From contig OZ219865.1 in the NCBI GenBank assembly GCA_964291675.2, positions 544,001 through 608,000 on the forward strand: a stretch of DNA of 64,000 bases. Reading direction: 5' to 3'. Source of the stretch: Alphaproteobacteria bacterium (GTDB taxonomy: Bacteria > Pseudomonadota > Alphaproteobacteria > MPNO01). The notes under the pieces are model-generated. The model saw only the letters and a program-made list of their open reading frames with translations, made no database searches and had not been told where the DNA came from. Each line of letters begins with the position of its first letter. Within the stretch, counting starts at the first letter, position 1. Below are positions 9,793-20,954 of this stretch, piece by piece. A program made the position numbers and the translations under genes.

Positions 9793-10035
9793 TCAGAAGA
9801 GCAGCTTGGCAAGACCGAGCCCGACTCCGACAGTGACGCCGGCACCGACCGTCATGCGAATTGTGATCGTCGTCTCGAGCTTGGCAAGTCGGGTTTCGAA
9901 ACTGTCCTGCGTCACCATGCCGCCCCGGGAGGTTCTGGTGGTTTCGACGATCGCCTCGGCTGCCGCCCGCGGAATGCCGGCCGTCTCAAGGGCCCGGACG
10001 GCCCGTTGGGTGTCGAAATGGGGATCCGGAGTCAT
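9793..10035 (-). CDS. DUF1640/CCDC90-like small coiled-coil protein with C-terminal TM anchor
   Basis: FDTQRAVRALETAGIPRAAAEAIV matches the DUF1640 N-terminal pattern (FDT..v..L...G....QAEAI); hydrophobic C-terminus. Confidence 0.7.
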   Translation of the reverse strand: MTPDPHFDTQRAVRALETAGIPRAAAEAIVETTRTSRGGMVTQDSFETRLAKLETTITIRMTVGAGVTVGVGLGLAKLLF

Positions 10036-10047
10036 GCGCCGGACCGG

Positions 10048-10218
10048 TCACTCCGCGGCCTCGGCGGGGGCGGGCCTTTCCTTGTCTTCGTCCTTCCTGA
10101 ACCGCTCGTCCTTCGTATCCTCGATCCGGCCCGCGACGATCTTCCCGACATGCGCCGCGCATTCGACGGCATCGTCCGGGCGCCATTCTCCTCGGCGTAT
10201 TTCGTCGTCCTCAACCAT
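10048..10218 (-). CDS. Small hypothetical protein (56 aa)
   Basis: RPDDAVECAAHVGKIVAGRIED resembles small alphaproteobacterial mobile-region proteins with an RPxDxxxxAxxVxxIATGExED motif; start overlaps the upstream stop. Confidence 0.45.
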   Translation of the reverse strand: MVEDDEIRRGEWRPDDAVECAAHVGKIVAGRIEDTKDERFRKDEDKERPAPAEAAE

Positions 10219-10441
10219 GAACCGTCTCTGTAGACGACGCGGCCGGAGCTTCGATCGGGCGGCCCCTGATTTCGCCCCGCAACTCGGCGAACTCGCGGGC
10301 GAGAGACTGGAGATCCCGGGCGACGCCATCGACCCTGCCTTCCAGCCGATCGATACGGCGATCGAGCCGGTTCGTGACCTGCCACATGAACAGGGCAAGG
10401 GCGACGCCGACTCCCAGCATGGTGACGATCTCGGGGCTCAT
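10211..10441 (-). CDS. Small membrane-anchored coiled-coil protein (76 aa)
   Basis: MSPEIVTMLGVGVALALFMW (TM) followed by heptad-like RLDRRIDRLEGRVDGVARDLQSLAREFAELRGEI. Confidence 0.65.
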   Translation of the reverse strand: MSPEIVTMLGVGVALALFMWQVTNRLDRRIDRLEGRVDGVARDLQSLAREFAELRGEIRGRPIEAPAASSTETVHG

Positions 10442-10453
10442 TGTCCCATCCGC

Positions 10454-10546
10454 CGGTCGCGCGCACCCTAGCACGGGCATTCGTCCATCTACAAATCATG
10501 TATGACGAAATGGAGATATCGCCCCTCCTGCGCCTGCCGACGCATT
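10454..10546. repeat. Conserved upstream element, copy A
   Basis: ~92-bp imperfect direct repeat with 10862-10953 (CGCGCGCACCCTAGCACGGG..TTCGTC...TATGACGAA.TGGAGAT..CGCCC...ACGCATT). Confidence 0.85.
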
Positions 10547-10600
10547 CCCCGCTACGTCGGCCAGGCCCGCTCTGTCGGGTGGATGCCGAATACAAGAGCC

Positions 10601-10846
10601 TCATCCGGGCGAGGGACAGCTTCCCGCGCCAACTCGCTCGCGTTCGTAGAGGTGGCGGACATCTTCCCGAAGGCTTTGAATGGAGCGCGAAAACTCCGCA
10701 ATCATGCCCTCCAGCCTGGCAACCCGTTCCGCCAGAGCGCCGATCCGCCTGTCGATGTCCCTCATATCGCGATGCAAGGTCCACAGAAACGCCAACACGG
10801 CGACCAGCCCCGCCAAATTCGCGTAGCCCAACGTCTCTGGAGTCAT
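10601..10846 (-). CDS. Small membrane-anchored coiled-coil protein (81 aa), apparent paralog of 10211..10441
   Basis: MTPETLGYANLAGLVAVLAFLWTL (TM) followed by RDIDRRIGALAERVARLEGMI. Confidence 0.65.
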   Translation of the reverse strand: MTPETLGYANLAGLVAVLAFLWTLHRDMRDIDRRIGALAERVARLEGMIAEFSRSIQSLREDVRHLYERERVGAGSCPSPG

Positions 10847-10861
10847 GGATGCCACTGCTGT

Positions 10862-10953
10862 CGGCCGCGCGCACCCTAGCACGGGAATTCGTCGGCCTCC
10901 AAACAGGTATGACGAATTGGAGATGACGCCCTTGCCGCGCCAGCCCACGCATT
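10862..10953. repeat. Conserved upstream element, copy B
   Basis: Direct repeat of 10454-10546, offset ~408 bp. Confidence 0.85.
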
Positions 10954-10993
10954 GGATGACCCGCTCGAACCGGGTCGGTACCGGACGCCGGAC

Positions 10994-11488
10994 CTATTCG
11001 AGCGCGTCCCGAAGCCGGCGCCTGATCCGTTCGAGCTCGCCGAGGGTTTCGGCGAGCGCCGCCTTCAGCGCGGCGGCCTCGGACGCTTCGGCCGCGACCG
11101 CCGGGGCCGGGGCGGGGCGGGGCGCCACGACCGCTTGCGTGCGGTCGATCGGCGTGGGCTCGACCGTCGGGCGCGCGGGAAGCTGCCGCTCGGCCAGCGC
11201 CTTCGCGCCGCCCTCGCGCAGCAGCTTCTGCACACCCTTGATGGTGTATCCGTCGGTATACAGCAGGTCGCGGATCGAGCGCAGCAGGTCGATGTCCTCG
11301 GGCCGGTAGTAGCGCCGCCCGCCGCCGCGCTTCATCGGCTTGACCTGGATGAACTTGCTCTCCCAGAACCGCAGCACGTGCTGGGGGACCTCGAGCTCGC
11401 CGGCCACCTCGCTGATGGTGCGGAACGCCGATGCCGACTTGCCGGCCCCGCGGCGCCTGGGCTCGACCGATGGCGCGGCCTCGGCCAT
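10994..11488 (-). CDS. MerR-family transcriptional regulator
   Basis: [30 protein letters not shown]...[11 protein letters not shown]; conserved position downstream of ihfA. Confidence 0.93.
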   Translation of the reverse strand: MAEAAPSVEPRRRGAGKSASAFRTISEVAGELEVPQHVLRFWESKFIQVKPMKRGGGRRYYRPEDIDLLRSIRDLLYTDGYTIKGVQKLLREGGAKALAERQLPARPTVEPTPIDRTQAVVAPRPAPAPAVAAEASEAAALKAALAETLGELERIRRRLRDALE

Positions 11489-11491
11489 CGC

Positions 11492-11821
11492 TCAGCCGCC
11501 GGACTCGTCGTCGGTGCCGCCGCCGGCCATCGTCTCGTTGATCCGCGACTTCAGCACGTTGGAAGCGCGGAACACCAGCACCTTGCGCGGAAGTATCGGC
11601 ACTTCCTGGCCGGTCTTCGGGTTGCGCCCCACCCGGGGCCCCTTCTGGCGGACCGAGAAGCTGCCGAAGGAGGAAATCTTCACCGGTTCGCCGCGGGTCA
11701 GCGAATCCGAGATCTCCCGCAGCACGGTTTCCACCAGCTCCGCGGACTCGTTTCGCGACAGCCCGATTTCCTGATAGACCGCCTCCGCCAAGTGCGCGCG
11801 CGTCACCGTCGCCGACGCCAT
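11492..11821 (-). CDS. ihfA: Integration host factor subunit alpha
   Basis: [11 protein letters not shown]...VKISSFGSF...[23 protein letters not shown]. Confidence 0.96.
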   Translation of the reverse strand: MASATVTRAHLAEAVYQEIGLSRNESAELVETVLREISDSLTRGEPVKISSFGSFSVRQKGPRVGRNPKTGQEVPILPRKVLVFRASNVLKSRINETMAGGGTDDESGG

Positions 11822-11956
11822 GTCCCAAAGCCCTCGCCTGTTCGACCCACAGGGTACGCCGAACGAAGAATTCAGTCAATTATCAATAGGATAGGCGGTT
11901 TGGCTAATGTAAAGCCACGATTTCCGGGGGTTTCCGGCCCCGAAGCGCTTCCCGGC

Positions 11957-12931
11957 TTACCAGCGAACCAGGCTCGCGCCCCAGGCGAAGCCGCCGCCCA
12001 TGGCTTCGAGCAGACAGAGATCGCCGCGCTTTATCCTTCCGTCCGCCACCGCCTCGGCGAGCGCCAGCGGGATCGACGCGGCGGAGGTATTGGCGTGGTG
12101 ATCGACGGTGACGATCACCTTCTCCTCCGGCATGCCGAGCTTGCCCGACGTGCTCTTTATGATCCGCAGATTGGCCTGGTGCGGGACCACCCAGTCGACG
12201 TCGTCCGCGGTCAGGCCGTTGGCCGCCAGGGCCTCCTGCATCACCGAGGCGAGGTTGACCACGGCGTGGCGGAACACGTCGCGGCCGGCCATCCTGAGAT
12301 GGCCGACCGTGCGGGTGCTCGACGGCCCGCCGTCGACGAACAGGAGGTCGTGATGGCGCCCGTCCGAGCGCAGGTGGTTGGAGAGCACGCCGCGGTCGGC
12401 GGCGGTCCCCTCCCCCTGTTCCGCGCGCAGCACCACCGCCCCCGCCCCGTCGCCGAACAGGACGCAGGTGGCGCGGTCCTGCCAGTCGAGAATCCGGGAG
12501 AAGGTCTCCGCGCCGATCACCAGGGCGGAGCCCGCCTGGCCGAGGCGGATGAAATTGTCCGCGACGTTGAGCGCGTAGATGAAGCCCGAGCACACCGCCT
12601 GGACGTCGAACGCGGCGCCCCGGCGCATCTCCAGCGCGTCCTGCACCCGGGTCGCGGTGGCCGGGAAGGTCTCGTCCGGCGTCGCCGTGGCGACGACGAT
12701 GAGGTCGAGTTCGGAGGACGGCATCGCCGCCCGGTCGAGCGCGATGCGGGCGGCGGCGGTCGCCAGATGCGAGGTGAACTCGCCCTCGGCGGCGACCCGG
12801 CGCTCGTGAATGCCGGTGCGCTGGACGATCCAATCGTCCGAGGTGTCGACCATCCGCGCCAAATCGGCGTTGCTGAGCACCTTCTCGGGAAGATACCCGC
12901 CGCAGCCGGCGACGACGGCCCTGGCCACCAT
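11957..12931 (-). CDS. fabH: 3-oxoacyl-ACP synthase III
   Basis: [55 protein letters not shown]. Confidence 0.96.
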   Translation of the reverse strand: MVARAVVAGCGGYLPEKVLSNADLARMVDTSDDWIVQRTGIHERRVAAEGEFTSHLATAAARIALDRAAMPSSELDLIVVATATPDETFPATATRVQDALEMRRGAAFDVQAVCSGFIYALNVADNFIRLGQAGSALVIGAETFSRILDWQDRATCVLFGDGAGAVVLRAEQGEGTAADRGVLSNHLRSDGRHHDLLFVDGGPSSTRTVGHLRMAGRDVFRHAVVNLASVMQEALAANGLTADDVDWVVPHQANLRIIKSTSGKLGMPEEKVIVTVDHHANTSAASIPLALAEAVADGRIKRGDLCLLEAMGGGFAWGASLVRW

Positions 12932-13980
12932 CAGGATGCGGCCGCGCGGGTGCGGACCGGCATCGACAGCACGCCGCCGTCGAGCTGCGCGGTGATCTTC
13001 TCGTTGAAACGATGCGCCGCCATGTCCACCGCCACCCCGATCGCGTTGGCGAAGCCGAAGGCGTCGGTCGAGCCGTGGCTCTTGACCACGGTTCCGTTGA
13101 GCCCGAGGAACATGGCGCCGTTGTAGCGCCGGGGATCGACCCGGGCGCGCAGCTTGTTGAGGCTGCGCCGGGCCAGAAGGTAGCCGAGGCGTGCGCTCAC
13201 CGAGCTCTTGAACGCCCGGCGCAGGAACTCCGTATAGAGCTTGACCGAACCCTCGATCGTCTTGAGCGCGATATTGCCGGAGAAGCCGTCGGAGACGATC
13301 ACGTCGACCGTCCCCATGGCGATATCGTCGCCCTCGACGAATCCGTGGTAGCGGATGCCGGCGTTCTTCTCGCGCAGGATGGCGGCGGCCTGGCGAACCG
13401 CCTCGTGGCCCTTCACCTCTTCGGTGCCGACATTGAGCAGCCCGATCGAGGGGTCCTTGAGCCCGAGCACGGTGCGGCCGAACTCGGAGCCCATGATCGC
13501 GAACTGGATCAAATTGTCCGCGTCGCACTCGACATTCGCGCCGAGGTCGAGCATCACGCTCTCGCTGCGGTAGTTGGGGAAGACCGCCGCGATCGCCGGG
13601 CGGTCGATGCCGGGCAGGGTCTTGAGGGTGAACTTCGCCATCGCCATCAGCGCGCCGGTATTGCCGGCGGACACCACGCCTTCCGCCTCCCCGTCGCGCA
13701 CGGCGTTGATCGCAAGCCGCATGCTGGAGCGCTTGCCCTGGCGCAGGGCCTGCGACGGCTTGTCGTCGTCGCTGACCGCCTCCTCGGTGTGGTCGATGGC
13801 GATGACCTTGCGCAGCTTGGGCATCCGCTTGAGCAGCGGCGCGATCCGGCGTTCGTCCCCGAACAGGCGGAAGCGCACGCCGGGATAGCGCCGCCGCGCG
13901 ATGTTCGCGCCCCTGACGACGATGCGCGGCGCGTTGTCGCCGCCCATCGCGTCGAGCGCAATTGTCGCCAGCGCAGTCAA
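12931..13980 (-). CDS. plsX: Phosphate acyltransferase PlsX
   Basis: [51 protein letters not shown]; TTG start inferred. Confidence 0.95.
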   Translation of the reverse strand: MTALATIALDAMGGDNAPRIVVRGANIARRRYPGVRFRLFGDERRIAPLLKRMPKLRKVIAIDHTEEAVSDDDKPSQALRQGKRSSMRLAINAVRDGEAEGVVSAGNTGALMAMAKFTLKTLPGIDRPAIAAVFPNYRSESVMLDLGANVECDADNLIQFAIMGSEFGRTVLGLKDPSIGLLNVGTEEVKGHEAVRQAAAILREKNAGIRYHGFVEGDDIAMGTVDVIVSDGFSGNIALKTIEGSVKLYTEFLRRAFKSSVSARLGYLLARRSLNKLRARVDPRRYNGAMFLGLNGTVVKSHGSTDAFGFANAIGVAVDMAAHRFNEKITAQLDGGVLSMPVRTRAAAS

Positions 13981-14011
13981 CCGGATCCGCCTTCCAGCGA
14001 CGCGACGCGGC

Positions 14012-14194
14012 CTAGGCCGGGCTCGCCTCGGTGACTTCCCGGCCGTCGTAATGTCCGCAGGACGGGCAGACATGGTGGGGGCGCTTGTACTCGCCGCAGT
14101 TCGGGCACTCGCCGTAGGCCGCCGCGCTCAGCGCGTGATGCGAACGCCGCATGTTGCGGCGCGACTTGGACACTTTCTTCTTCGGTACAGCCAT
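14012..14194 (-). CDS. rpmF: 50S ribosomal protein L32
   Basis: [19 protein letters not shown]...[20 protein letters not shown]. Confidence 0.97.
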   Translation of the reverse strand: MAVPKKKVSKSRRNMRRSHHALSAAAYGECPNCGEYKRPHHVCPSCGHYDGREVTEASPA

Positions 14195-14280
14195 CGCCAC
14201 AGTCTCTGTTTGGGATGATCGAACGCCGAGCGTGCGGATACCTAGCCAAAGGACGCGCGGCCGGCAAGCCAGAGCGAAGT

Positions 14281-14808
14281 CTAGCTGTTTTCGCTCCGTT
14301 CTTCCAGCGCGCGAAACGGCGAATCGGCGCTGGCCGGGGAAAGCTCCCCGGTCTCGCCCGGGGCGAGCGTCGAATCGGCGTCCGGCGACCGGGGAAAGGG
14401 ATCGAGGGAGAGCGCGAGCTCCACCGCGACGGCCTCGCCGATGTCGATCGCCTCGCCGGCAAAGGGCTCGAAATCCTCGTCGGGCGGGATGACGACCGTC
14501 TTCGGCGCCGGCGCGTCGTCCGGCACCGGGCGCAGCAGAAGCGTCACCTCCTCCTCGATTTCGCCCGGCACCGGTTCCAGCGTCACCACGCAGTCCTGGA
14601 TCGCCCGGGCCGACAGGCGCGCGGCCAGCCGCACGTCGCCGTCGCGGGTGCGGCGCAGCGACACGGTGGCGGAGAGGCGCTCTATCGCGACGATGGCGAA
14701 GCGCCGGGCGAGCGCACGGCGTTCGGCCGCGTCGGCGGCGATCTCGCGGACGATGCCGGATTCCGAAATCCGCTCGAGGCGGACGATGCGCGAGAACTCG
14801 GGCGTCAC
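14281..14808 (-). CDS. DUF177 (YceD) family protein
   Basis: [49 protein letters not shown]; upstream of rpmF. Confidence 0.88.
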   Translation of the reverse strand: MTPEFSRIVRLERISESGIVREIAADAAERRALARRFAIVAIERLSATVSLRRTRDGDVRLAARLSARAIQDCVVTLEPVPGEIEEEVTLLLRPVPDDAPAPKTVVIPPDEDFEPFAGEAIDIGEAVAVELALSLDPFPRSPDADSTLAPGETGELSPASADSPFRALEERSENS

Positions 14809-15365
14809 GGCGCCTCGCCCGGCGGGGCGGGGTGCGAGAACCCCGTCTCGAAGCGCACCTGGCCTTGCAATAACCGGTCGAGCGGCTGGGCCGCGAGCGC
14901 CGCGGCCTGGTTCCGTGCATAGCACGCCATCGCGGTCGCGCCGTCGGGGGGTGCGGAGACCGTGCCGTAGAGGTTGCGGCAGAGCGCCGAACGGAGGGCT
15001 TCCCGATCGCCATCGAGCCCCCGGTCGTAGGCCTTGACCCGGCCGAGGAACGAGCTCGCCATGAACTTGACGCGACGCCCGACGCCGAGGTCGCCCGCGC
15101 CCATCTCCCTGAGGCAGCGATCCATGTCGTCGAACATCGCATCGAACAGGGACTGCGCGAGGTCGCCGGTCCGCTCCGGATCCTCGCGCAGCCGGCGCAG
15201 GACGAGATAGGCGTGCAGCGCGATGAGCTCGAACCGGCCGTCGAGCGTATCCGGAACCCCGCCCGCGGTGTAGAACTCGGCCGAGCGGGCCCGCTCCACC
15301 GCCGCGGCGTAGAGCGCCTCGGCCGACATCCGGGTCTCCCTCCTGTCGCGCAGACGCTTCAACAT
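14805..15365 (-). CDS. Ubiquinol-cytochrome c chaperone (Cbp3-like)
   Basis: [44 protein letters not shown]. Confidence 0.9.
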   Translation of the reverse strand: MLKRLRDRRETRMSAEALYAAAVERARSAEFYTAGGVPDTLDGRFELIALHAYLVLRRLREDPERTGDLAQSLFDAMFDDMDRCLREMGAGDLGVGRRVKFMASSFLGRVKAYDRGLDGDREALRSALCRNLYGTVSAPPDGATAMACYARNQAAALAAQPLDRLLQGQVRFETGFSHPAPPGEAP

Positions 15366-15475
15366 CCCGTCATCGCCCGTGGCTTCGGATTGACAGGCGA
15401 CGAACTTGGTGCATTCTCTGCGCGAGGTCCAGCGATCCGGCCCTCCCGGGCCTGGGACAGCGGAAACCGCAGCCG

Positions 15476-15931
15476 ATGCACCGACGACGGTCCACCCTCC
15501 ATTTCGCCCTCGGCCTCGTCGCGGCCGCGAGCCTGCTCGCCTGCGCGCCGACCCGCGACAATCACGGCAACATCCCGCTCGAACAGAACGCCGAGACCAT
15601 CGCGCCCGGCAAGCAGACCCGCGAGCAGGTACGGGACGCGCTCGGCACCCCCTCCATCCAGGCCACCTTCGAGCAGGACGAGATCTGGTACTATGTCGGC
15701 AAGCGCACCGAGACGACCGCCTTTTTCGCACCCGACGTCCTCGAACATCAGGTCCTCGAAATCCGCTTCGGCGCCGACGGCCGGGTCAGCCGGATCAGGA
15801 CGGTCGATGCCACCAAGGCGGTGAAGCCCCGCCTCGTGGACCGCGAGACGCCGACCGAGGGCAACGAGCTTTCGATCCTCGAACAATTCGTCGGCAATAT
15901 CGGCCGTTTCTCGCCGCCGACGGGCCAGTAG
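15476..15931 (+). CDS. bamE: Outer membrane protein assembly factor BamE
   Basis: Lipobox LLAC; TREQVRDALGTPS, WYYVG; C-terminal TPTEGNELSILEQFVGNIGRF. Confidence 0.9.
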   Translation: MHRRRSTLHFALGLVAAASLLACAPTRDNHGNIPLEQNAETIAPGKQTREQVRDALGTPSIQATFEQDEIWYYVGKRTETTAFFAPDVLEHQVLEIRFGADGRVSRIRTVDATKAVKPRLVDRETPTEGNELSILEQFVGNIGRFSPPTGQ

Positions 15932-15947
15932 CGGCCGACCCGTACCG

Positions 15948-18053
15948 TCAGGCGGCCAGCACCGCCAGCAGCAGCAACGCCACGATGTTGATGATCTTGA
16001 TCATCGGATTGACCGCCGGGCCCGCGGTGTCCTTGTAGGGATCGCCCACGGTATCGCCGGTCACCGCCGCCATGTGGGCGTCCGAGCCCTTGCCGCCGTG
16101 ATTGCCGTCCTCGATGAACTTCTTGGCGTTGTCCCAGGCGCCGCCGCCCGAGGTCATCGATATGGCGACGAAGATCCCGGTCACGATGGTGCCGAGCAGC
16201 ATCGCCCCCAGCGTGGTGAACCCGGCCACCGGCCCGCCGATCCACGACATGACGAAATAGATCGCGATGGGCGCCAGCACGGGCAGCATCGAGGGGACGA
16301 TCATCTCGCGGATCGCCGCCCGGGTGAGAAGGTCCACCGCGCGGCCGTATTCCGGCCGGCTGGTCCCCTCCATGATGCCCTCGATCTCGCGGAACTGGCG
16401 CCTGACCTCGACCACCACGGCGGCGCCGGCCCGGCCCACGGCCATCATGCCCAGCGCGCCGAACAGGTAAGGCAGCAGGCCGCCGATGAACAACCCGATC
16501 ACGACATAGGGGTCGGCGAGCTGGAACGAGATGCCCTCGGCGACCTCGGGGAAGTAGTATTTCAGGTCCTGGGTGTAGGCGGCGAACAGCACCAGCGCCG
16601 CGAGACCGGCCGAGCCGATGGCGTAGCCCTTGGTCACCGCCTTGGTGGTGTTGCCCACCGCATCGAGCAGGTCGGTGTGCCGGCGCACGTCTTCGGGGAG
16701 ATCGGCCATCTCGGCGATGCCGCCGGCATTATCGGTCACCGGCCCGTAGGCGTCGAGCGCGACCACCATGCCGGCCAGCGCCAGCATCGTCGTCGCGGCG
16801 ATGGCGATGCCGTAGAGCCCGGCCGCGAAATAGGAGAGAATGATGCCGGCGCAGATCACCAGCACCGGCAGCGCGGTCGCTTCGAGCGAGACCGCGAGGC
16901 CCTGGATCACGTTGGTGGCGTGCCCCGTCTCGGACGCCCTGGCGACGCTCCTTACCGGGCGGTACGCGGTCGAGGTGTAGTATTCGGTGATCCACACCAG
17001 GAGCCCGGTCACGGCCAGGCCGACGAGCGCGCAATAGAGCAAGTGGCGCGGCTGGATGCTGCCGCCCTCGAGCGCGATCTCGGCCGAGAAGCTGCCGAAG
17101 ATCTGCCAGATGGCGAGCGCGATCAGCACCGCCGAGATCGCCGCCGCCGCGACGAAACCCTTGTACAGCGCGGCCATCACGTTGTTGCCGGCGCCGAGGC
17201 GCACGAAGAACGTGCCGATCACCGAGCCGATGATGCAGACCGCGCCGATCACCAGCGGCAGCGCCATCATCGCTTCCTGGGTGGCACCGGTGAAGAAGAT
17301 CGCGCCCAGCAGCATGGTCGCGACCACGGTGACGGCGTAGGTCTCGAACAGGTCGGCCGCCATGCCGGCGCAGTCGCCGACATTGTCGCCCACGTTGTCC
17401 GCGATGACGCCCGCGTTGCGGGGGTCGTCCTCGGGTATTCCGGCCTCGATCTTGCCCACCAGGTCGGCGCCGACATCGGCGCCCTTGGTGAAGATGCCGC
17501 CGCCGAGGCGGGCGAAGATCGAGATCAGCGACGCGCCGAAGCCGAGCGCCACCAGGGCTTCGAGGATATGGCGCAGCCCGGCCGGGTCGGACGGGTCGTG
17601 CACGCCGCGCAGGATCATGTAGTAGACGACGACGCCGAGCAGGCCGAGACCGACGACCAGCATCCCGGTCACCGCGCCCGACTTGAAGGCGACATCGAGC
17701 GCCGGCCTGATGCCGCCCTCCCGGGCCGCGTTCGCGGTCCGGACATTGGCCCGCACCGAGACGTTCATGCCGATATAGCCGGCCACCCCGGACAGGATCG
17801 CGCCGATGAAGAAGCCGAGCCCGACATAGACGTCGAGCAGCAGGCCGAGAATCACGCCGACCGCGACGCCGACGATGCCGATGGTCAGGTACTGGCGGTT
17901 GAGATAGGCGCGCGCGCCCTCCTGGATCGCGCCGGCGATCTCCACCATGCGTTCGGTGCCGGGGCTGGCGGCGAGAATCGATCTGACCGCGTAGAGCCCG
18001 TAGAGGATCGCCAGCACGCCGCAGGCGATGACCATCCAATAGGTTGCCATCAT
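15948..18053 (-). CDS. hppA: Membrane-bound H+-translocating pyrophosphatase (likely K+-independent)
   Basis: [48 protein letters not shown]; GNTTKA has Lys at the K+-dependence position. Confidence 0.95.
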   Translation of the reverse strand: MMATYWMVIACGVLAILYGLYAVRSILAASPGTERMVEIAGAIQEGARAYLNRQYLTIGIVGVAVGVILGLLLDVYVGLGFFIGAILSGVAGYIGMNVSVRANVRTANAAREGGIRPALDVAFKSGAVTGMLVVGLGLLGVVVYYMILRGVHDPSDPAGLRHILEALVALGFGASLISIFARLGGGIFTKGADVGADLVGKIEAGIPEDDPRNAGVIADNVGDNVGDCAGMAADLFETYAVTVVATMLLGAIFFTGATQEAMMALPLVIGAVCIIGSVIGTFFVRLGAGNNVMAALYKGFVAAAAISAVLIALAIWQIFGSFSAEIALEGGSIQPRHLLYCALVGLAVTGLLVWITEYYTSTAYRPVRSVARASETGHATNVIQGLAVSLEATALPVLVICAGIILSYFAAGLYGIAIAATTMLALAGMVVALDAYGPVTDNAGGIAEMADLPEDVRRHTDLLDAVGNTTKAVTKGYAIGSAGLAALVLFAAYTQDLKYYFPEVAEGISFQLADPYVVIGLFIGGLLPYLFGALGMMAVGRAGAAVVVEVRRQFREIEGIMEGTSRPEYGRAVDLLTRAAIREMIVPSMLPVLAPIAIYFVMSWIGGPVAGFTTLGAMLLGTIVTGIFVAISMTSGGGAWDNAKKFIEDGNHGGKGSDAHMAAVTGDTVGDPYKDTAGPAVNPMIKIINIVALLLLAVLAA

Positions 18054-18209
18054 GCTTGCAGGATTCCTTGTCTTTTCGAGACGGACACCGCCCGACGCGC
18101 GGCTATGAGCGCAGAGCCGTTTGCTGTTTGGCTGGTGAGGCTCGGATGAGCGCGCGGAACATGCCAGAACTCGATTTGCAAGGCAATATCGCGCCCCGCG
18201 GCGGGCCGC

Positions 18210-19403
18210 TCAGGCCGCCGCCCGGTGGCGCGCCAGATCGAAGCGGAGCCACAGGGTGGCGATCAGCGCGATCGCGATAAACGGCAGGGTCACGGTGTTG
18301 ACGATCGCCCATCCCAGGTGATGGATCGAGGCGCCGGAGAGCAGCGCGCCGACGGCGACGCAGCCCCAGATGCAGAAATCGTTGAATCCCTGGACCTTCG
18401 CCATCTCGGAGGGGCGGTAGCATTCGGTCAGCAGGGTGGTGCTGCCGATAAACAGGAAGTTCCACCCCACGCCCAGCAGGACCAGCGCGCTCACGAAGTT
18501 GAAATACTCGATCCCGGCCAGGTTGATCGCCACGCACACCGCCTGGAGCAGCCCGCCGACGATCATGATATTGGTCGTGCCGAAGCGGGCGATCAGATGG
18601 CCGGTGAAGAAGGACGGCAGGAACATGCCGACGATGTGCCACTGGATCACGCTCGCCGACTCGCCGAAGGCGAAGCCGCAATCGGCCATCGCCAGCGGCG
18701 TCACGGTCATCACGAAGGTCATGACCGCATAGGCCGAGACGGCGCCGAGAATCGCCACCATGCACCGGGTCTGGCCGAGGATTTGCGGCAGCGGACGCTG
18801 CTCCCCGCTCTTGTCCGCCGCGCTCATCGGCGGAATGGTGAGGAACGACAGCACCAGCCCCATCGCGAGATAGATCAGCACGATCACGGCAAAGGTGCCG
18901 GCGAAGACCAGCGGGTCGAACAGATCCCTGGTGAACCGCGCCAGGTTGGGGCCGGTGAAGGCGGCCACCACGCCGCCCAGCAGAACCAGCGAGATCGCGC
19001 GGCTGCGCATGTCGGGGCCGGCCGTGTCGGCGGCGGCGAAGCGGAAGAACTGGCCGAAGGAGAGGAACGAGCCGATCAGCGCGACGCCGAGCGCGAACAG
19101 CCAGAACGACGAGACCGCGATCGCCGCCGTGGCGATCGTCGCGCCCACGGCGCCGATCAGCGCGCCGGTCACGAAGCCGAGCCGCCGCCCGACCCGGCGC
19201 ATGTAAAGCGATGCCGGGATCGAGGTCATCATGGTCGCCACGAACTGGAAGGCGACGGGAACGGTGGCCAGCGCCTTGTCCTCGGCCAGCGCGTATCCGA
19301 TGATCGCCCCCGAGGCGATGATCGCCGAGGTGGTGGTCATCATCAGCGCCTGGCAGAGCGCCAGCAGCGCGACGTTTCGATTGATGCCGGAAAGGAACCG
19401 CAC
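18210..19403 (-). CDS. MFS transporter
   Basis: ~12 hydrophobic segments; MRRVGRRLGF, RFAAAD, QWHIVGMFLPSFFTG. Confidence 0.88.
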   Translation of the reverse strand: MRFLSGINRNVALLALCQALMMTTTSAIIASGAIIGYALAEDKALATVPVAFQFVATMMTSIPASLYMRRVGRRLGFVTGALIGAVGATIATAAIAVSSFWLFALGVALIGSFLSFGQFFRFAAADTAGPDMRSRAISLVLLGGVVAAFTGPNLARFTRDLFDPLVFAGTFAVIVLIYLAMGLVLSFLTIPPMSAADKSGEQRPLPQILGQTRCMVAILGAVSAYAVMTFVMTVTPLAMADCGFAFGESASVIQWHIVGMFLPSFFTGHLIARFGTTNIMIVGGLLQAVCVAINLAGIEYFNFVSALVLLGVGWNFLFIGSTTLLTECYRPSEMAKVQGFNDFCIWGCVAVGALLSGASIHHLGWAIVNTVTLPFIAIALIATLWLRFDLARHRAAA

Positions 19404-19454
19404 GGCGGCAAACTAAACCAAGAGGGCGGGAAGGCGAAACGGCGCGGCGGTGCG

Positions 19455-20438
19455 CTAGAAATGCGCGTAGCCGGCCTTGCCGATCTCCATCGGCGCACCC
19501 TCCCGGTCGAGCACCGACACCCCCTCCCCTTCGGTCATCGTGCCGATCCGGGTGACCGGGACGCGGGCCCGCGCCGCGGCTTCGCGGACCGCGTTGCCGC
19601 GATCCGCCGGCGCGGTGAAGACCAGCTCGTAGTCGTCGCCGCCGGTCAGCACATCGGCGATCCCGACCGCGCCCCGGCCGAGCGCCGCCCGCGCCGCACC
19701 CGAAACCGGGACCCGGCCGGCCTCGATCCGTGCGCCGAGGCCGGAGGCGCGGCAGATATGGCCGAGATCGGCGACCAGCCCGTCGGACACGTCGACCGCC
19801 GCCGAGGCCGGCACCGCCATGCCCAGGCGGAGCCTCGGCTCGGGCAGGCGGTAGCGGGCGATGGCGGCGTCGCGGGCGCGCCCGGCAAGGCCCAAATCCG
19901 CGCCCTGCAGGAGGCGCAGGCCGAGAGCGGCGTCGCCGATGGTGCCGGACACGTAGACGTGCTCGCCGGGCGCGGCGTTCGACCGCAGCAGCGCCCGGCC
20001 GGCTTCGACTTCGCCGATCGCGGTGAGCGAGAGAGTCGGTGGGCCGGTCGTCGCGGTGGTGTCGCCGCCCGCCAGCGCGATGGCGAACCGCTCCTGGTCC
20101 GCCGCGAGCCCGCGCGCAAACTCGCGCAGCCAGTCGAGATCGACCGATTCCGGGACGGCGAGGCCGAGCAGGCAGACGCGCGGCCGCGCGCCCATCGCGG
20201 CGAGGTCGGACAGGTTGACGCGCAGCAGCTTCTGCGCGACCTGGAAGGCCGGATCGTCGGCGAGAAAGTGGACACCTTCGACCAGCATGTCGACGCTGGC
20301 CGCCAGAAGGCAACCCGGCGCGGGCTCGATCAGCGCCGCGTCGTCGAGCAGGCCCAACGCCCCCCGCTCGCCGGCGGCGAGCGGCGCGAACACCTCCCGG
20401 ATCAGCGCGAACTCACCGGGAAGCGGCCGCCCGGGCAC
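19455..20438 (-). CDS. thiL: Thiamine-monophosphate kinase
   Basis: EFALI, DDAAL, EGVHF, VNLSDLAAMGA, GGDT, DVSDGL, GGDDYEL; start approximate. Confidence 0.94.
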   Translation of the reverse strand: MPGRPLPGEFALIREVFAPLAAGERGALGLLDDAALIEPAPGCLLAASVDMLVEGVHFLADDPAFQVAQKLLRVNLSDLAAMGARPRVCLLGLAVPESVDLDWLREFARGLAADQERFAIALAGGDTTATTGPPTLSLTAIGEVEAGRALLRSNAAPGEHVYVSGTIGDAALGLRLLQGADLGLAGRARDAAIARYRLPEPRLRLGMAVPASAAVDVSDGLVADLGHICRASGLGARIEAGRVPVSGAARAALGRGAVGIADVLTGGDDYELVFTAPADRGNAVREAAARARVPVTRIGTMTEGEGVSVLDREGAPMEIGKAGYAHF

Positions 20439-20949
20439 CCGTCGCGCCTCCGGATTCGCCGAGCTCCGCGCCGCGCAGAAGCTGTGCCGCGGCATCGAGG
20501 ACCGCGTTGGCCATGCCCTTCTGTGCCGCGGCGAAGAACGCATCGGCGATGTCGACATACTCGGTTATGACGACGCGGGCGGGGACGTCCGGCCGGGCGA
20601 GCAGCTCGAACACCCCGGCCCGCATGATGCAGGCGAGCAGCACCTCGATCCGCCCGAGCGGCCAGGACGGGCTGAGCGCGGCGCGCAGGATGTCGTCGAT
20701 CTCGCCCCGGCGCAGCGCCGTCCCGCGCAGGATCTGGGCGAAGAGCGACGATTTGGGGCGGACCGGGGTCTGGTCCTCGTCCAGCACGCCGCCGCGATGG
20801 AATTCGAGAAACTGGGACAGCACCTCCTCCAGCGGGGCGCCGGCGATCTCCATCTGGTAGAGCGCCTGCACCGCGGCCAAGCGCGCCGCGCTCAGCGGCG
20901 CCGCCGGGTTCGGACGGGGCCGGTCCGCGCCGGCGCGGGGTTCGGACAT
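20413..20949 (-). CDS. nusB: Transcription antitermination factor NusB
   Basis: SAARLAAVQALYQME, VVITEYVDIA, MANAVLD. Confidence 0.94.
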   Translation of the reverse strand: MSEPRAGADRPRPNPAAPLSAARLAAVQALYQMEIAGAPLEEVLSQFLEFHRGGVLDEDQTPVRPKSSLFAQILRGTALRRGEIDDILRAALSPSWPLGRIEVLLACIMRAGVFELLARPDVPARVVITEYVDIADAFFAAAQKGMANAVLDAAAQLLRGAELGESGGATGARAAASR

Positions 20950-20954
20950 GTCCG

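Noticed and set aside
16074-20570. Long plus-strand ORFs opposite hppA, the MFS gene and thiL
   Set aside because: Antisense shadows typical of high-GC coding DNA, with no recognisable motifs.
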